Of a stretch of 64,000 nucleotides of DNA, positions 37,888 to 47,123 are shown one piece after another. Numbering within the stretch: position 1 is the stretch's first letter; every line of letters starts with the position of its first letter. Made by a program: the position numbers and the translations under genes. Location: positions 56,680 to 120,679 of the forward strand of contig CAYQVD010000001.1 of the NCBI GenBank assembly GCA_964421125.1. The letters run 5' to 3'. Under the pieces are notes generated by a model. The model was not told where the DNA came from. It searched no databases and saw only the letters and a program-made list of their open reading frames with translations. The DNA is from an uncultured Bdellovibrionales bacterium (GTDB taxonomy: Bacteria; Patescibacteriota; Minisyncoccia; Moranbacterales; DUUL01).

Positions 37888-39300
37888 ATGTTTGGAAACA
37901 AAAAAACAAGTGCTTCAAGTGACAACGATATTCAGCTAACAACTCGCTCAATGAAAAGTGATCTTGAAGGTGATTCTAGTAAAAAATTTGTAGAAAAAGA
38001 AAGAAAACCTCTTTCGAAAGCTCCTGAGAGAAAGAAGGAGTTAGAGATTCACAAAAAACCAGAAATTAAAAAAGTTCCAGAACCAATTGCAACACCAGCG
38101 AAAAGCTTTGATCTACCAACCAAAAAACCCCTTAGATCTACCACTCAGCCACAAATCAAAGAATCTGGAGAATTTAAACTGCCAACAGATTTTCCTGCTG
38201 CCAACAAAATGCCTGCCAAAACAACAGTTGACAAGTCACTTGAAAAACAATTCGGGGATAAGAAAGAAAAAACTCACGCTAATGATTTTTCTCCAGAAAA
38301 TAAGTCAAAGGAAGAATTTCCAAAAAATCCAATAATTAATCCTAAAAAAGAACCTGTACAAAGCGCTAAATTAAAACCAATAAACCCTGCTCTAAAGAAA
38401 GACTATGATAAATTCTTTAAAGATAAAATTAGTCCACTTCCAGAAAAGGAAAACAAAAATAGTTCATCAAGCATGATTCTAGTAATCATCCTTGTGATTG
38501 TTTTAATTATCGCAATTGCCTCTGGAACGTACTATTACTTTTTTGTAATCAATAAACCCGTAACACCAACTGAATTACCAATTATATCCGATCCAACACC
38601 AATCTTCCCTGTTGATTCAACGCCGGTTCAACCCCCTAAAGAACCTCTTCCAATCGTTTTAACAGAAGCAAGTGAGATGATAATAACTGCCGAAAAAGAT
38701 ACAAGAGTTATTTTTTTCGACCCTCAAAATTCTGAAAATCTCATCTCTGGATTCTATTCCATTGAGAATGAAGAAGGGCTACTAATGAATGTCAAAGACC
38801 TTTCAACTTTATTAAACATTCAAATGCCAGAATCTATTGAAACTGCTTCACAAAATGCATGGATTTACTACGATGCAACAATCACACCAAAAATTAGCCT
38901 TGTAATTAAGATTGACTCCAAAGATACATACGAAGTGAAAAATTCTATTATGAATATTGAAAATAATCTTCCAATTATGTTTTCAGGACTTTACTCAGCT
39001 CCTATTGATAAATATTCAACAGGGGAAACAGTAATCTTTAAAGATAGTTTTGAAAATTTAAATTTTCGATATTACAATATTTCAACAACTCCGTCTGACT
39101 TAAAATCGCTTGATTGGGGAATAATTAATAACGATACTATTTTAGTTTTTGCTACATCAAAAGAAATGGCTTCAACTATCTCAAATCAATTATTGATCAA
39201 TGATATTCCAAATAATACAACTAAGGAGGTTATATTAGAGAATACCCCTGAGGATGTTACTCCCGGAGATATTCTTGAAAATGAAGCAGTTGTGGATTAA
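37888..39300 (+). CDS. Membrane-anchored (single TM, Lys/Pro-rich cytoplasmic N-terminus) protein with extracytoplasmic domain; paralog A
   Basis: TM ILVIILVIVLIIAIASGTYYYFFV. The C-terminal 80 aa are identical to those of 39543..40583. Confidence 0.55.
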   Translation: MFGNKKTSASSDNDIQLTTRSMKSDLEGDSSKKFVEKERKPLSKAPERKKELEIHKKPEIKKVPEPIATPAKSFDLPTKKPLRSTTQPQIKESGEFKLPTDFPAANKMPAKTTVDKSLEKQFGDKKEKTHANDFSPENKSKEEFPKNPIINPKKEPVQSAKLKPINPALKKDYDKFFKDKISPLPEKENKNSSSSMILVIILVIVLIIAIASGTYYYFFVINKPVTPTELPIISDPTPIFPVDSTPVQPPKEPLPIVLTEASEMIITAEKDTRVIFFDPQNSENLISGFYSIENEEGLLMNVKDLSTLLNIQMPESIETASQNAWIYYDATITPKISLVIKIDSKDTYEVKNSIMNIENNLPIMFSGLYSAPIDKYSTGETVIFKDSFENLNFRYYNISTTPSDLKSLDWGIINNDTILVFATSKEMASTISNQLLINDIPNNTTKEVILENTPEDVTPGDILENEAVVD

Positions 39301-39402
39301 TTGTGGATAACTTTCAATGAAAATATCACGACTTTGCATTAAAAAGTTTTTGCAAAAACTTCGAAATGCCATTGTTTAAAAGCATTATCAGGTAAATTAA
39401 GT
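39085..39402 (+). repeat. 318-bp direct repeat, copy 1 (3' end of paralog A plus about 100 bp of 3' flank), identical to 40368..40685
   Basis: Base-for-base identity read directly, including a 16-bp perfect palindrome agtttttgcaaaaact at 39345..39360. Confidence 0.8.
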
Positions 39403-39542
39403 AAAAAAAGAACCAGAAACCAAAGCAAAACCCTTATTCCTTGAGACATGGGGATGTGAGAAAAGAAATGAACGAGAAAATGAACTAATTAGAGTGATTA
39501 AAAAATTAATACAAGAAGAGGAGGAGAAATTAAAACATAATC

Positions 39543-40583
39543 TTGCTAAAAAAATTAAGAGAAGAAAAAAATATGAATCATAAAGTTATTAACCCAGAAA
39601 GTGCTCGAAATAATACTATGAAAGAAAAACCGCTAACAATTACTAAAAATAAAACATTATCTAGTTCAAGGGAAACCATTACTCCTGCATCCAAAGACTA
39701 TGATAAGTTTTTCAAAGACAAGATTAAAAAATCTCCAGAAAAAGAAGAAAAAAATGCATCATCAAGTCTCACTCTTATTATTATTCTTATAGTTATTTTA
39801 ATCATTACAATTGTTTCTGGCTTTTATTATTATTTCTTTGTGCTCAGTAAGACACCAATTCCAGTTAAGCCACCAATTACCATTGAACCAGATCTAAATT
39901 TTCCAGTTGAGCCACTGGCTGAAAAAGCTTTTCCTTTTGTATTGACAAACTCACCTGAAATAGTACTAACTACTAAAAATGACATTAAGGTTATTTTATT
40001 CGACCCTCAAAATCCTGAGAATCTTACATCTAACTTCTATTCCATTAAAAACGAAGGAGGCATGGCAATGAACATCAAGGAACTTTCACTTCTCCTTGGA
40101 ATTCAAATACCCGAAATTATTAACGCCACACCTGAAAACACTTGGATTTATTATAACTCATCAGCAACGCCTGAAATTAGCCTTGTTATTGGTATTGATA
40201 TAGAAGATGCCGTGGAAATAAAACAATCAATCCTGAAAATGGAAAACGAACTTCCAAAGATGATGTCGGGTTTATATTCAACTCCTATTATTGAATATCT
40301 AATTGAGAAAACATTGTTATTTAAGGATAGTTCTGATGATCAAGCTTTCCGATATTACAATTTTGCAACAACTCCGTCTGACTTAAAATCGCTTGATTGG
40401 GGAATAATTAATAACGATACTATTTTAGTTTTTGCTACATCAAAAGAAATGGCTTCAACTATCTCAAATCAATTATTGATCAATGATATTCCAAATAATA
40501 CAACTAAGGAGGTTATATTAGAGAATACCCCTGAGGATGTTACTCCCGGAGATATTCTTGAAAATGAAGCAGTTGTGGATTAA
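39543..40583 (+). CDS. Membrane-anchored protein, paralog B (tandem duplicate of 37888..39300)
   Basis: Same TM and ectodomain architecture (KDYDKFFKDKI...SSS-TM). C-terminus identical to paralog A. The true start may be the Met at 39573. Confidence 0.55.
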   Translation: MLKKLREEKNMNHKVINPESARNNTMKEKPLTITKNKTLSSSRETITPASKDYDKFFKDKIKKSPEKEEKNASSSLTLIIILIVILIITIVSGFYYYFFVLSKTPIPVKPPITIEPDLNFPVEPLAEKAFPFVLTNSPEIVLTTKNDIKVILFDPQNPENLTSNFYSIKNEGGMAMNIKELSLLLGIQIPEIINATPENTWIYYNSSATPEISLVIGIDIEDAVEIKQSILKMENELPKMMSGLYSTPIIEYLIEKTLLFKDSSDDQAFRYYNFATTPSDLKSLDWGIINNDTILVFATSKEMASTISNQLLINDIPNNTTKEVILENTPEDVTPGDILENEAVVD

Positions 40584-40685
40584 TTGTGGATAACTTTCAA
40601 TGAAAATATCACGACTTTGCATTAAAAAGTTTTTGCAAAAACTTCGAAATGCCATTGTTTAAAAGCATTATCAGGTAAATTAAGT
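40368..40685 (+). repeat. 318-bp direct repeat, copy 2
   Basis: Identical to 39085..39402. Palindrome agtttttgcaaaaact at 40628..40643. Confidence 0.8.
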
Positions 40686-40692
40686 GAAAGAA

Positions 40693-40721
40693 TTGACCGT
40701 TGCCTCAAAAAATGCTATAAT
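40693..40721 (+). promoter_or_regulatory. Near-consensus sigma70-type promoter: -35 TTGACC, 17-bp spacer, extended -10 TGcTATAAT
   Basis: ttgacc gttgcctcaaaaaatgc tataat, read directly. No protein-coding ORF of 60 aa or more follows for about 470 bp. Confidence 0.55.
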
Positions 40722-40727
40722 AGACAT

Positions 40728-41160
40728 GTAAGTTAGTTCTTTAGAAAAAATCTGACATTTCATGGGTTGCAATGAACTTCAGCGAGATGAACTCCAGCCA
40801 CGATTTCCCCCTATTCGTGACTGGAATTCATCTTACTGTTTCATTTCATCTTTAAAAACAAAAATAAAAAAAGATCACCCAAAAACAAAAACAAAAATTG
40901 AGTAAAATCATGAAATGGTTAGATGAAACATCACTTAATTAAGTGATACCTCCCAATCTTGATATTAAAAAACTTAGTATTATATTTTGTTTTCGGACGA
41001 AATAAATCTATTTTAAATCAAGACTGGTACCGGTGGCGCTAGCCACATATTAATTTTTTTGGGCTCAGCGCCCCGGTTTCCTTACTAAAACCAAAATGCA
41101 CCGGTTACAGATTCAGACAAGAACGACTCACTTGAGGCCGTTTTTTTTATTAAACTTTTC
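40728..41160 (+). ncRNA. Candidate noncoding transcript or long structured leader. AT-rich 5' part, then a GC-rich 3' part with stable hairpins and three palindromic CCGGT sites, ending in a T8 run
   Basis: Predicted from the upstream promoter. Contains gtggc-gcta-gccac and gggc-tcagc-gccc hairpins, ACCGGT at two sites, and tttttttt at 41149..41156. Only 51-aa and 10-aa ORFs without RBS. Confidence 0.35.
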
Positions 41161-41191
41161 AATATATTTAAATTAATGCTATAATATTAAT

Positions 41192-42976
41192 ATGACAAAT
41201 ATACATATAGAAAGAAAAATTGAAGTTAATCGTTGGTTAATAAAAGCTCGTTGGTTTTACGGATTTGGTATTTTTTTAATTGGTATTGTTTCAAAAATTC
41301 TTAGTAACTCTAATGTAAACTTCTCGGTTATCAACATGCTTACATTGATAATAGTTTTTACTTTAATTAATGTTGTTTTTGAAATATCCTTTCGTCAGAT
41401 TCGCAAAAAACGCTCTATCCGAGGATTAAACATCCTCAGTTTTTCTCAAATGGCCGTTGAACTTGGGATCCTGCTTATTGTAATGCATTCCGCTGGAGGA
41501 GTAGAAAGCATTGGAATTACATTCTTTTTCATACCAATCGTTTCTGCTTCCTATTTATTCAGTGCTAAAGGTTCAATAATAACTGCTATTGCTTCAACCG
41601 TCCTTGTTAATGCCTTAGTAACATTAGAGTACTTTGAGATCATTCCCCACGTAGCAAGATACAACACTCCTTCTCCTGAGCTAAACAGCCTAGCTCTATC
41701 CTTAACTATAACCATAACAATTTCAATATTTTATCTAATAATAGGAGTCTATAGTGGATATGGAGCAAAACTTCTCTTTAAACGAGAAGAACTTCTGGAA
41801 AATCAAAAAAAGCAACTTAGTAAAAAAACTAAACTTCTCTCCAATCGTGAAAAAACTTTGTCCAATATAAACGCTGAATTAACTGAAGAAAAAAACAAGA
41901 TAGGATCAATTGTTGCCAACTTTACTGGTCCGATTATATTTATAAATAGTAAAAAAGAAATTGGGCTTATCAATCCATCTGCAAAGGAAGTTTTAGGAAT
42001 TAGCGAAAATGATTATGGTGTAAAAATTTCATCTAAAAATAACTACAGCTTGGATAATTTTAATAAGCTAATAAAAAATGAATTTGAAATTCAAAGTCAT
42101 GAAGGAGAAATGGATGAAAACAACAAACCAATTGAGGAAGTTGAAATTAAATATGAGGATCAAACTAAAACATATAAAGTAATAACCACTTCTGTATGTC
42201 GAGGGAAAGACAAGGATGCTTGTTATGGATTTCTAAAAATATTCTATGACTTAACTCGAGAAAAACAAATTGATAAACTAAAATCAGAATTTATCTCCAT
42301 TGCCGCTCATCAACTTAGAACGCCTCTCTCTGCAATTAAATGGGTAATCAAGATGATTCTAGATAAAGACGTTGGACCTCTTAACAAAGAACAATCTGAA
42401 TTACTTGAAAAGGGGTACAAAAGCAATGAAAGAATTATTGAGTTAGTAAATGACCTTTTGAATGTTTCAAGAATCGAAGAAGGAAGATTTGGTTATGATT
42501 TCAATATGTGTGATCTTCAGGAAATTCTTGACATTGTTACAGAAGACACTGAAAGATTTATCGCAAAAAATCATCAAAAATTTCTCATTAATAAACCAGA
42601 GAATCTACCAAAAATCTATATGGACAAAGAACGAGTTCTTTTGATTATTCAGAATCTTCTAGATAATGCAGTAAAATACACTCCAGAGTTTGGCAAAATT
42701 GAAATTAATATAAAAAAACAAAATGATGAATTTATTGAAATTTCTGTTCAAGATAACGGAGTTGGTGTACCTGAAGAAGATAAAATTAAATTATTTTCAA
42801 AATTTTTCCGAGCAAAGAACGTAATACGAATGGAGACCGAGGGAAGTGGACTCGGATTATTCATTGCTAAAAACATCGTAGAAAAACATCACGGTCAAAT
42901 ATCTGTTGAAAGCAGAGAAGGAAAAGGAACAACGGTTAGTTTTACATTGCCTCTCAAAAAGAGTAACATGGAATAA
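41192..42976 (+). CDS. Membrane-bound sensor histidine kinase (6-TM sensor domain, coiled coil, PAS-like, HisKA, HATPase_c)
   Basis: H-box FISIAAHQLRTPLSAIKW; N, G1 and G2 boxes (LLDNAVKYT, DNGVGV, GSGLGLFIAKNIV). Extended -10 TGcTATAAT ends 5 nt before the ATG, so the mRNA is possibly leaderless. Confidence 0.85.
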   Translation: MTNIHIERKIEVNRWLIKARWFYGFGIFLIGIVSKILSNSNVNFSVINMLTLIIVFTLINVVFEISFRQIRKKRSIRGLNILSFSQMAVELGILLIVMHSAGGVESIGITFFFIPIVSASYLFSAKGSIITAIASTVLVNALVTLEYFEIIPHVARYNTPSPELNSLALSLTITITISIFYLIIGVYSGYGAKLLFKREELLENQKKQLSKKTKLLSNREKTLSNINAELTEEKNKIGSIVANFTGPIIFINSKKEIGLINPSAKEVLGISENDYGVKISSKNNYSLDNFNKLIKNEFEIQSHEGEMDENNKPIEEVEIKYEDQTKTYKVITTSVCRGKDKDACYGFLKIFYDLTREKQIDKLKSEFISIAAHQLRTPLSAIKWVIKMILDKDVGPLNKEQSELLEKGYKSNERIIELVNDLLNVSRIEEGRFGYDFNMCDLQEILDIVTEDTERFIAKNHQKFLINKPENLPKIYMDKERVLLIIQNLLDNAVKYTPEFGKIEINIKKQNDEFIEISVQDNGVGVPEEDKIKLFSKFFRAKNVIRMETEGSGLGLFIAKNIVEKHHGQISVESREGKGTTVSFTLPLKKSNME

Positions 42977-43016
42977 ATCTCTACGAATTAAACTAAAATA
43001 AATTTAAAATAAAGAA

Positions 43017-44237
43017 ATGGAATTCTCCTTTTTGTCTTTTGTTCATTTTTTAAGTCTGGCAACTTTTTTGTTTTTTACTGTCTTCATCTTACACAAAGAC
43101 CTAAAAAGCACCCTTAACAGAATAACAGCCGCATATCTTGCATGTTTTGTGGTTTGGAGTGCAGGGATGTTTTTTATTAATAACACAGGAACAACTTATG
43201 AGGGAGCTATCCTGGCTAATAAATTTGATTCCTTTGGATGGATCTCTTTTCCTGCCTTCTTTTTTTGGTTTACCTTAGTTTTCATTAAAAACAAAAGGTT
43301 TTTAGAAAAAATATATAGCGCAATAATACTTTTCATTCCAACTATTTTCTTTATTTTTCAGCAATTGCAAGGAAAATTAATTTATACTTTTGAAAAAACT
43401 TCCTATGGTTGGTCTCATGTATGGTCTAATTCTATTTATACTTATCTATTTTATTTTTATTACACCCTTTTTACCTTAATTCCAATATATTTATTAATTA
43501 AGTATTATAAAAAATCTTCATCTGTAATAAAAAGAAAGCAAGCAAAAATAATCATCATTTCATCAATTATTCCTTTAACAATTGGGACTCTTACAAATGT
43601 TATTTTTCAAGAATTTGGTTTTCATAAAATCCCCTCAGTTGCTGATGTCTCTGCTCTTTTTTGGTCTTTTGGAATTGTCTACGCTGTAGTTAAATATAAA
43701 TTTCTTGGAATTACACCAGTAACTGCTGCAGAAAACATCATAGAAACTATGTCAGATGCTCTTATTTTAATAAATCTACAAGGGGAAATAAATACCATTA
43801 ATAAAGCTACGCTACAGCTTTCTGGTTATAGTGAAAAGGAAATAAAAGAGATAGGATTAAATGGACTTTTCATGGAAGACAATTTCAGTGAAATGATTAT
43901 AAATAAGGCTATTAATGGATTAACAATTAATAATTATAATTTACTACTAATAACAAAAAAAGGAAACAATATTCCAGTTATATTCTCAAACTCCCTACTA
44001 AAAAATAAAGAAGGTCACATAATAGGAATTACTTGTATTGCAAAAGATATTACTAAACTTAAAAAAACAGAAGAACAACTAGAAAAAAGAGCCTGGGAAT
44101 TAGAAACTAAAATCAAAGAATTAGAAAAAATACAAAAATTAACTATTAATAGAGAATTTAAAATGATTGAGTTAAAAGAAGAAAATAAAAATCTTCGAGA
44201 AAAGATTGAAGTGCCCAAAAAAACAACTAACCAATAA
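43017..44237 (+). CDS. Integral membrane sensor protein (7 TM) with cytoplasmic PAS domain and coiled coil, no output domain
   Basis: N-terminal polytopic region, then ENIIETMSDALILINLQGEINTINKATLQLSGYSEKEI...GHIIGITCIAKDITKLKKTEEQL (PAS signature). Confidence 0.6.
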   Translation: MEFSFLSFVHFLSLATFLFFTVFILHKDLKSTLNRITAAYLACFVVWSAGMFFINNTGTTYEGAILANKFDSFGWISFPAFFFWFTLVFIKNKRFLEKIYSAIILFIPTIFFIFQQLQGKLIYTFEKTSYGWSHVWSNSIYTYLFYFYYTLFTLIPIYLLIKYYKKSSSVIKRKQAKIIIISSIIPLTIGTLTNVIFQEFGFHKIPSVADVSALFWSFGIVYAVVKYKFLGITPVTAAENIIETMSDALILINLQGEINTINKATLQLSGYSEKEIKEIGLNGLFMEDNFSEMIINKAINGLTINNYNLLLITKKGNNIPVIFSNSLLKNKEGHIIGITCIAKDITKLKKTEEQLEKRAWELETKIKELEKIQKLTINREFKMIELKEENKNLREKIEVPKKTTNQ

Positions 44238-44262
44238 ATATTATAATCTTTATTTCAAAAAA

Positions 44263-44865
44263 ATGCTTAATAAAAAAATAGTCAATAATTTATTAAAAAG
44301 TATCAAAGGCGATGTTCGTGGTGTTGTTTTTAAAACTGATGCAGAATTTATTAAAGAAAAATTCGGAGAAGAAGGACTCGAAAAACTTCAAAGTGCGGCT
44401 AAAAAGATGGATATTCCAATCGACTATAAAGGAGAAATTAACGCTACAAGATGGTATCCGCTAAGCTGGAGAGTTCTTTCAATTCTCCTCATCCAAGAAG
44501 TATTTGGTTGGAACGATGAAAAAATAATTGAAATGGGAGAAGCTGCCCCCAAATACTCTTTTATAATAAAGACTCTTTTGCGATATTTTTTATCACTTGA
44601 GAAAACTTTTTCTGAAATTTCAAAATATTGGGATGAACATTATTCTGTTGGCAAACTAGTTGTTCCTGATCCAACCGTAGTTAATGAAAATTATCTCCTT
44701 TTTTATTTAAAGGACTTTAAGGTACATCCAATTATGTGTGAATATTATAAAGGATACTTTCTGTCTGTTTGTAAGTTAATAATCAAATCAGAAAATATGG
44801 TTATAGAAGAAACCAAATGTATGTTTAAAGGAGATGACTATCATGAATTTAAAATAACTTGGTAA
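44263..44865 (+). CDS. Small cytoplasmic protein of unknown function (about 200 aa), first of two tandem paralogs inside the kinase island; possibly a ligand-binding accessory (V4R/H-NOX-like is only a guess)
   Basis: Paralog of 44872..45477 (shared WxPxxxxV/I, FxWNxxxIIxMG, HPxxxxxxxG motifs). Start taken at MLNKKIV to avoid overlap with the upstream gene. Confidence 0.4.
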   Translation: MLNKKIVNNLLKSIKGDVRGVVFKTDAEFIKEKFGEEGLEKLQSAAKKMDIPIDYKGEINATRWYPLSWRVLSILLIQEVFGWNDEKIIEMGEAAPKYSFIIKTLLRYFLSLEKTFSEISKYWDEHYSVGKLVVPDPTVVNENYLLFYLKDFKVHPIMCEYYKGYFLSVCKLIIKSENMVIEETKCMFKGDDYHEFKITW

Positions 44866-44871
44866 AATAAA

Positions 44872-45477
44872 ATGGAAAAATTACACTTTAAAAGCTTCAA
44901 GAAAGAATTTGCAGATATAAATAAACTAAAAGGAGAAGAACGCGCTTTAGATCTGAAATACGTAACTGAATATGTTAAAAAGAAGGAAGGAGAAGTAAAA
45001 TACAATCTTCTCTTGAAAAAACTTAAAAAAATTGGCTTTATTTTGCCCGAAATAAATGAATCAGACAAAATGGATTGGATTCCTATGAAGATCCCTGTAT
45101 TTTTTGTTATAGCTAGTGCAAAATTTTTCAATTGGAACCGTCAAAATATAATTAACATGGGACGTAATTTCATAACTTTTTCACCGCTACTTAAAATATT
45201 TATAAAATATTTTATTTCTCCAGAAAAAACACTTGGATCAGGAGCTGAAAATTGGAAAAAGCATTACACACTAGGAGAATTAGAACTTGTTAAATATAAC
45301 GAGCAAGAGAAAGAAATTGTCCTTCATATTAAAAATTTTAAAACTCATCCAGTAGATTATATTTTTATAATTGGATCTCTTGAAAAAATGGGTGAACTTT
45401 CCTTAGGTCTTAAAAATATTAAAGGAGAAGGAGTCCAAAGAGATGCTTATTATGAAATTATCTTTCACTGGAATTAA
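44872..45477 (+). CDS. Small cytoplasmic protein, second tandem paralog
   Basis: 201 aa. Aligns with 44263..44865 (NWNRQNIINMGRNF versus GWNDEKIIEMGEAA; FKTHPVDY versus FKVHPIMC). Confidence 0.4.
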   Translation: MEKLHFKSFKKEFADINKLKGEERALDLKYVTEYVKKKEGEVKYNLLLKKLKKIGFILPEINESDKMDWIPMKIPVFFVIASAKFFNWNRQNIINMGRNFITFSPLLKIFIKYFISPEKTLGSGAENWKKHYTLGELELVKYNEQEKEIVLHIKNFKTHPVDYIFIIGSLEKMGELSLGLKNIKGEGVQRDAYYEIIFHWN

Positions 45478-45492
45478 TCAATACAAAAAATA

Positions 45493-47094
45493 ATGAAAAA
45501 CCAACAGGATAAATTATCTCAACAAATATATGAAGACATAGAAAGTCTAGAAAAATATATAGAAGAATTTTCGTTCTTTCTTCCTCTTGCAGTCTGCACT
45601 ATAAATCCAAGAAAAGTTATTGTTGATATTAATGAATCTACTAAAAAAATTACAGGTTTTACAGAGATTGATCTTATTGGAGAATATGCCAGCAAACTAT
45701 TTGAAAATAAATCCTTAATTGATGCCTTCTTAAAGGAAGTAATAGAAAAAGAAATTCTCAAAAATAAAGAAATGGTCCTCATTACCAATAAAGGTGAAAA
45801 AATTTCCGTTAATGCATCTGTCGCCAAACGAACAGATCGTGAAGGAAACTTTATTGGATTCTTTTTAGCTATTTCAGATATAACAGAAATAAAAAAACTT
45901 CAAGAAGGATTGGAAGATAAAGTTGCCAAAAGAACAAAAGAATTAGAAAGAACAAAAAAATCTCTAATTAACATGCTTGAAGATACTGAAGACGCAAGGA
46001 AAAAAGTTGAAGATGAAAAGAATAAAACGTCTGCAATTCTTTCAAATCTCGTTGACCCTATAATAGTAGTAAATGAAAATGGGTTAATAATACTACTTAA
46101 TCCAGCAGCTAAAAACGTTCTTGGTTTAAGTGATAATAATCTTGGACAAAAAGCCTTTAGTGATGATAATCTTTCAATGAATAACTTTCACAAAATTGCC
46201 CGAAAAGATTTTGAAGTTAAGGAAGTAATTAGTCCTGATTCAAACGAAGAGAATAACAACGAGGAATTAATTATAAAAAATGGTGACAAGGAATCAATTT
46301 ACAAAGTAATAACAGCTAAAATCTTTGATAGAGACATCTACCTAGGAACCATGAAAATATTTCACGACCTCACTCGAGAAAAAGCAATCGATCAAATGAA
46401 GTCAGAATTTATTTCCATTGCTGCCCATCAGCTAAGAACGCCTCTCTCTGCAATTAAATGGATACTTAAAATGGTTTTAGATGGAGATAGTGGAAAATTA
46501 AATGAGGAACAAAAGGAGTTACTTGACAAGGGCTATAAAAGTAATGAAAGAATTATTGGATTAGTAAATGATCTTCTTAATGTTTCTAGAATTGAAGAAG
46601 GAAGATTTGGTTATAACTTTGACATGTGTGATCTTCAAGAAATAATTGATATTGTTAAAGATAACACCAAGAATCTTATAAAAAAGAACAGTCAAACGTT
46701 TAAAATTACTAAGCCTCTCAATTTACCAAAGGCTTATATTGACAAAGAACGAATTTTACTAGTCCTGCAGAATCTTGTTGATAATGCCATAAAATATACT
46801 CCAGAATTTGGAAAAATTGAAATTATCATTAAAAAACAAAAAAACAAATTTCTTGAAATCTCTGTTAAAGACAATGGGGTTGGTGTTCCAGAAAAAGATA
46901 AGGTTAAGTTGTTTACAAAATTTTTTCGAGCAACCAACGTAATGCGAATGCAAACTGAAGGAAGCGGTCTTGGATTATTTATTGCAAAAAATATTATCGA
47001 AGAACATAAAGGAAGAATTTACATCGAAAGCGAGGAAGGAAAAGGAACAAAAATAAATTTTACATTGCCCTTAAAAAGTAGTAAAATAAAGTAA
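45493..47094 (+). CDS. Cytoplasmic sensor histidine kinase (PAS, PAS-like, HisKA, HATPase_c); C-terminal 250 aa paralogous to 41192..42976
   Basis: Identical H-box FISIAAHQLRTPLSAIKW. Catalytic domain about 80% identical to the first kinase. Confidence 0.85.
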   Translation: MKNQQDKLSQQIYEDIESLEKYIEEFSFFLPLAVCTINPRKVIVDINESTKKITGFTEIDLIGEYASKLFENKSLIDAFLKEVIEKEILKNKEMVLITNKGEKISVNASVAKRTDREGNFIGFFLAISDITEIKKLQEGLEDKVAKRTKELERTKKSLINMLEDTEDARKKVEDEKNKTSAILSNLVDPIIVVNENGLIILLNPAAKNVLGLSDNNLGQKAFSDDNLSMNNFHKIARKDFEVKEVISPDSNEENNNEELIIKNGDKESIYKVITAKIFDRDIYLGTMKIFHDLTREKAIDQMKSEFISIAAHQLRTPLSAIKWILKMVLDGDSGKLNEEQKELLDKGYKSNERIIGLVNDLLNVSRIEEGRFGYNFDMCDLQEIIDIVKDNTKNLIKKNSQTFKITKPLNLPKAYIDKERILLVLQNLVDNAIKYTPEFGKIEIIIKKQKNKFLEISVKDNGVGVPEKDKVKLFTKFFRATNVMRMQTEGSGLGLFIAKNIIEEHKGRIYIESEEGKGTKINFTLPLKSSKIK

Positions 47095-47123
47095 AATAAA
47101 TAACTACAATAAAAAATAAACAA

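Noticed and set aside
40728-41160. Tried to match the promoter-driven noncoding region to tmRNA, RNase P RNA, SRP RNA or common riboswitch classes
   Set aside because: None of the diagnostic motifs I can recall (tmRNA tRNA-like end, RNase P P4 sequences, SRP GGAAGCAGC apex, fluoride / guanidine / c-di-GMP consensus) are present. Left as unclassified candidate ncRNA.
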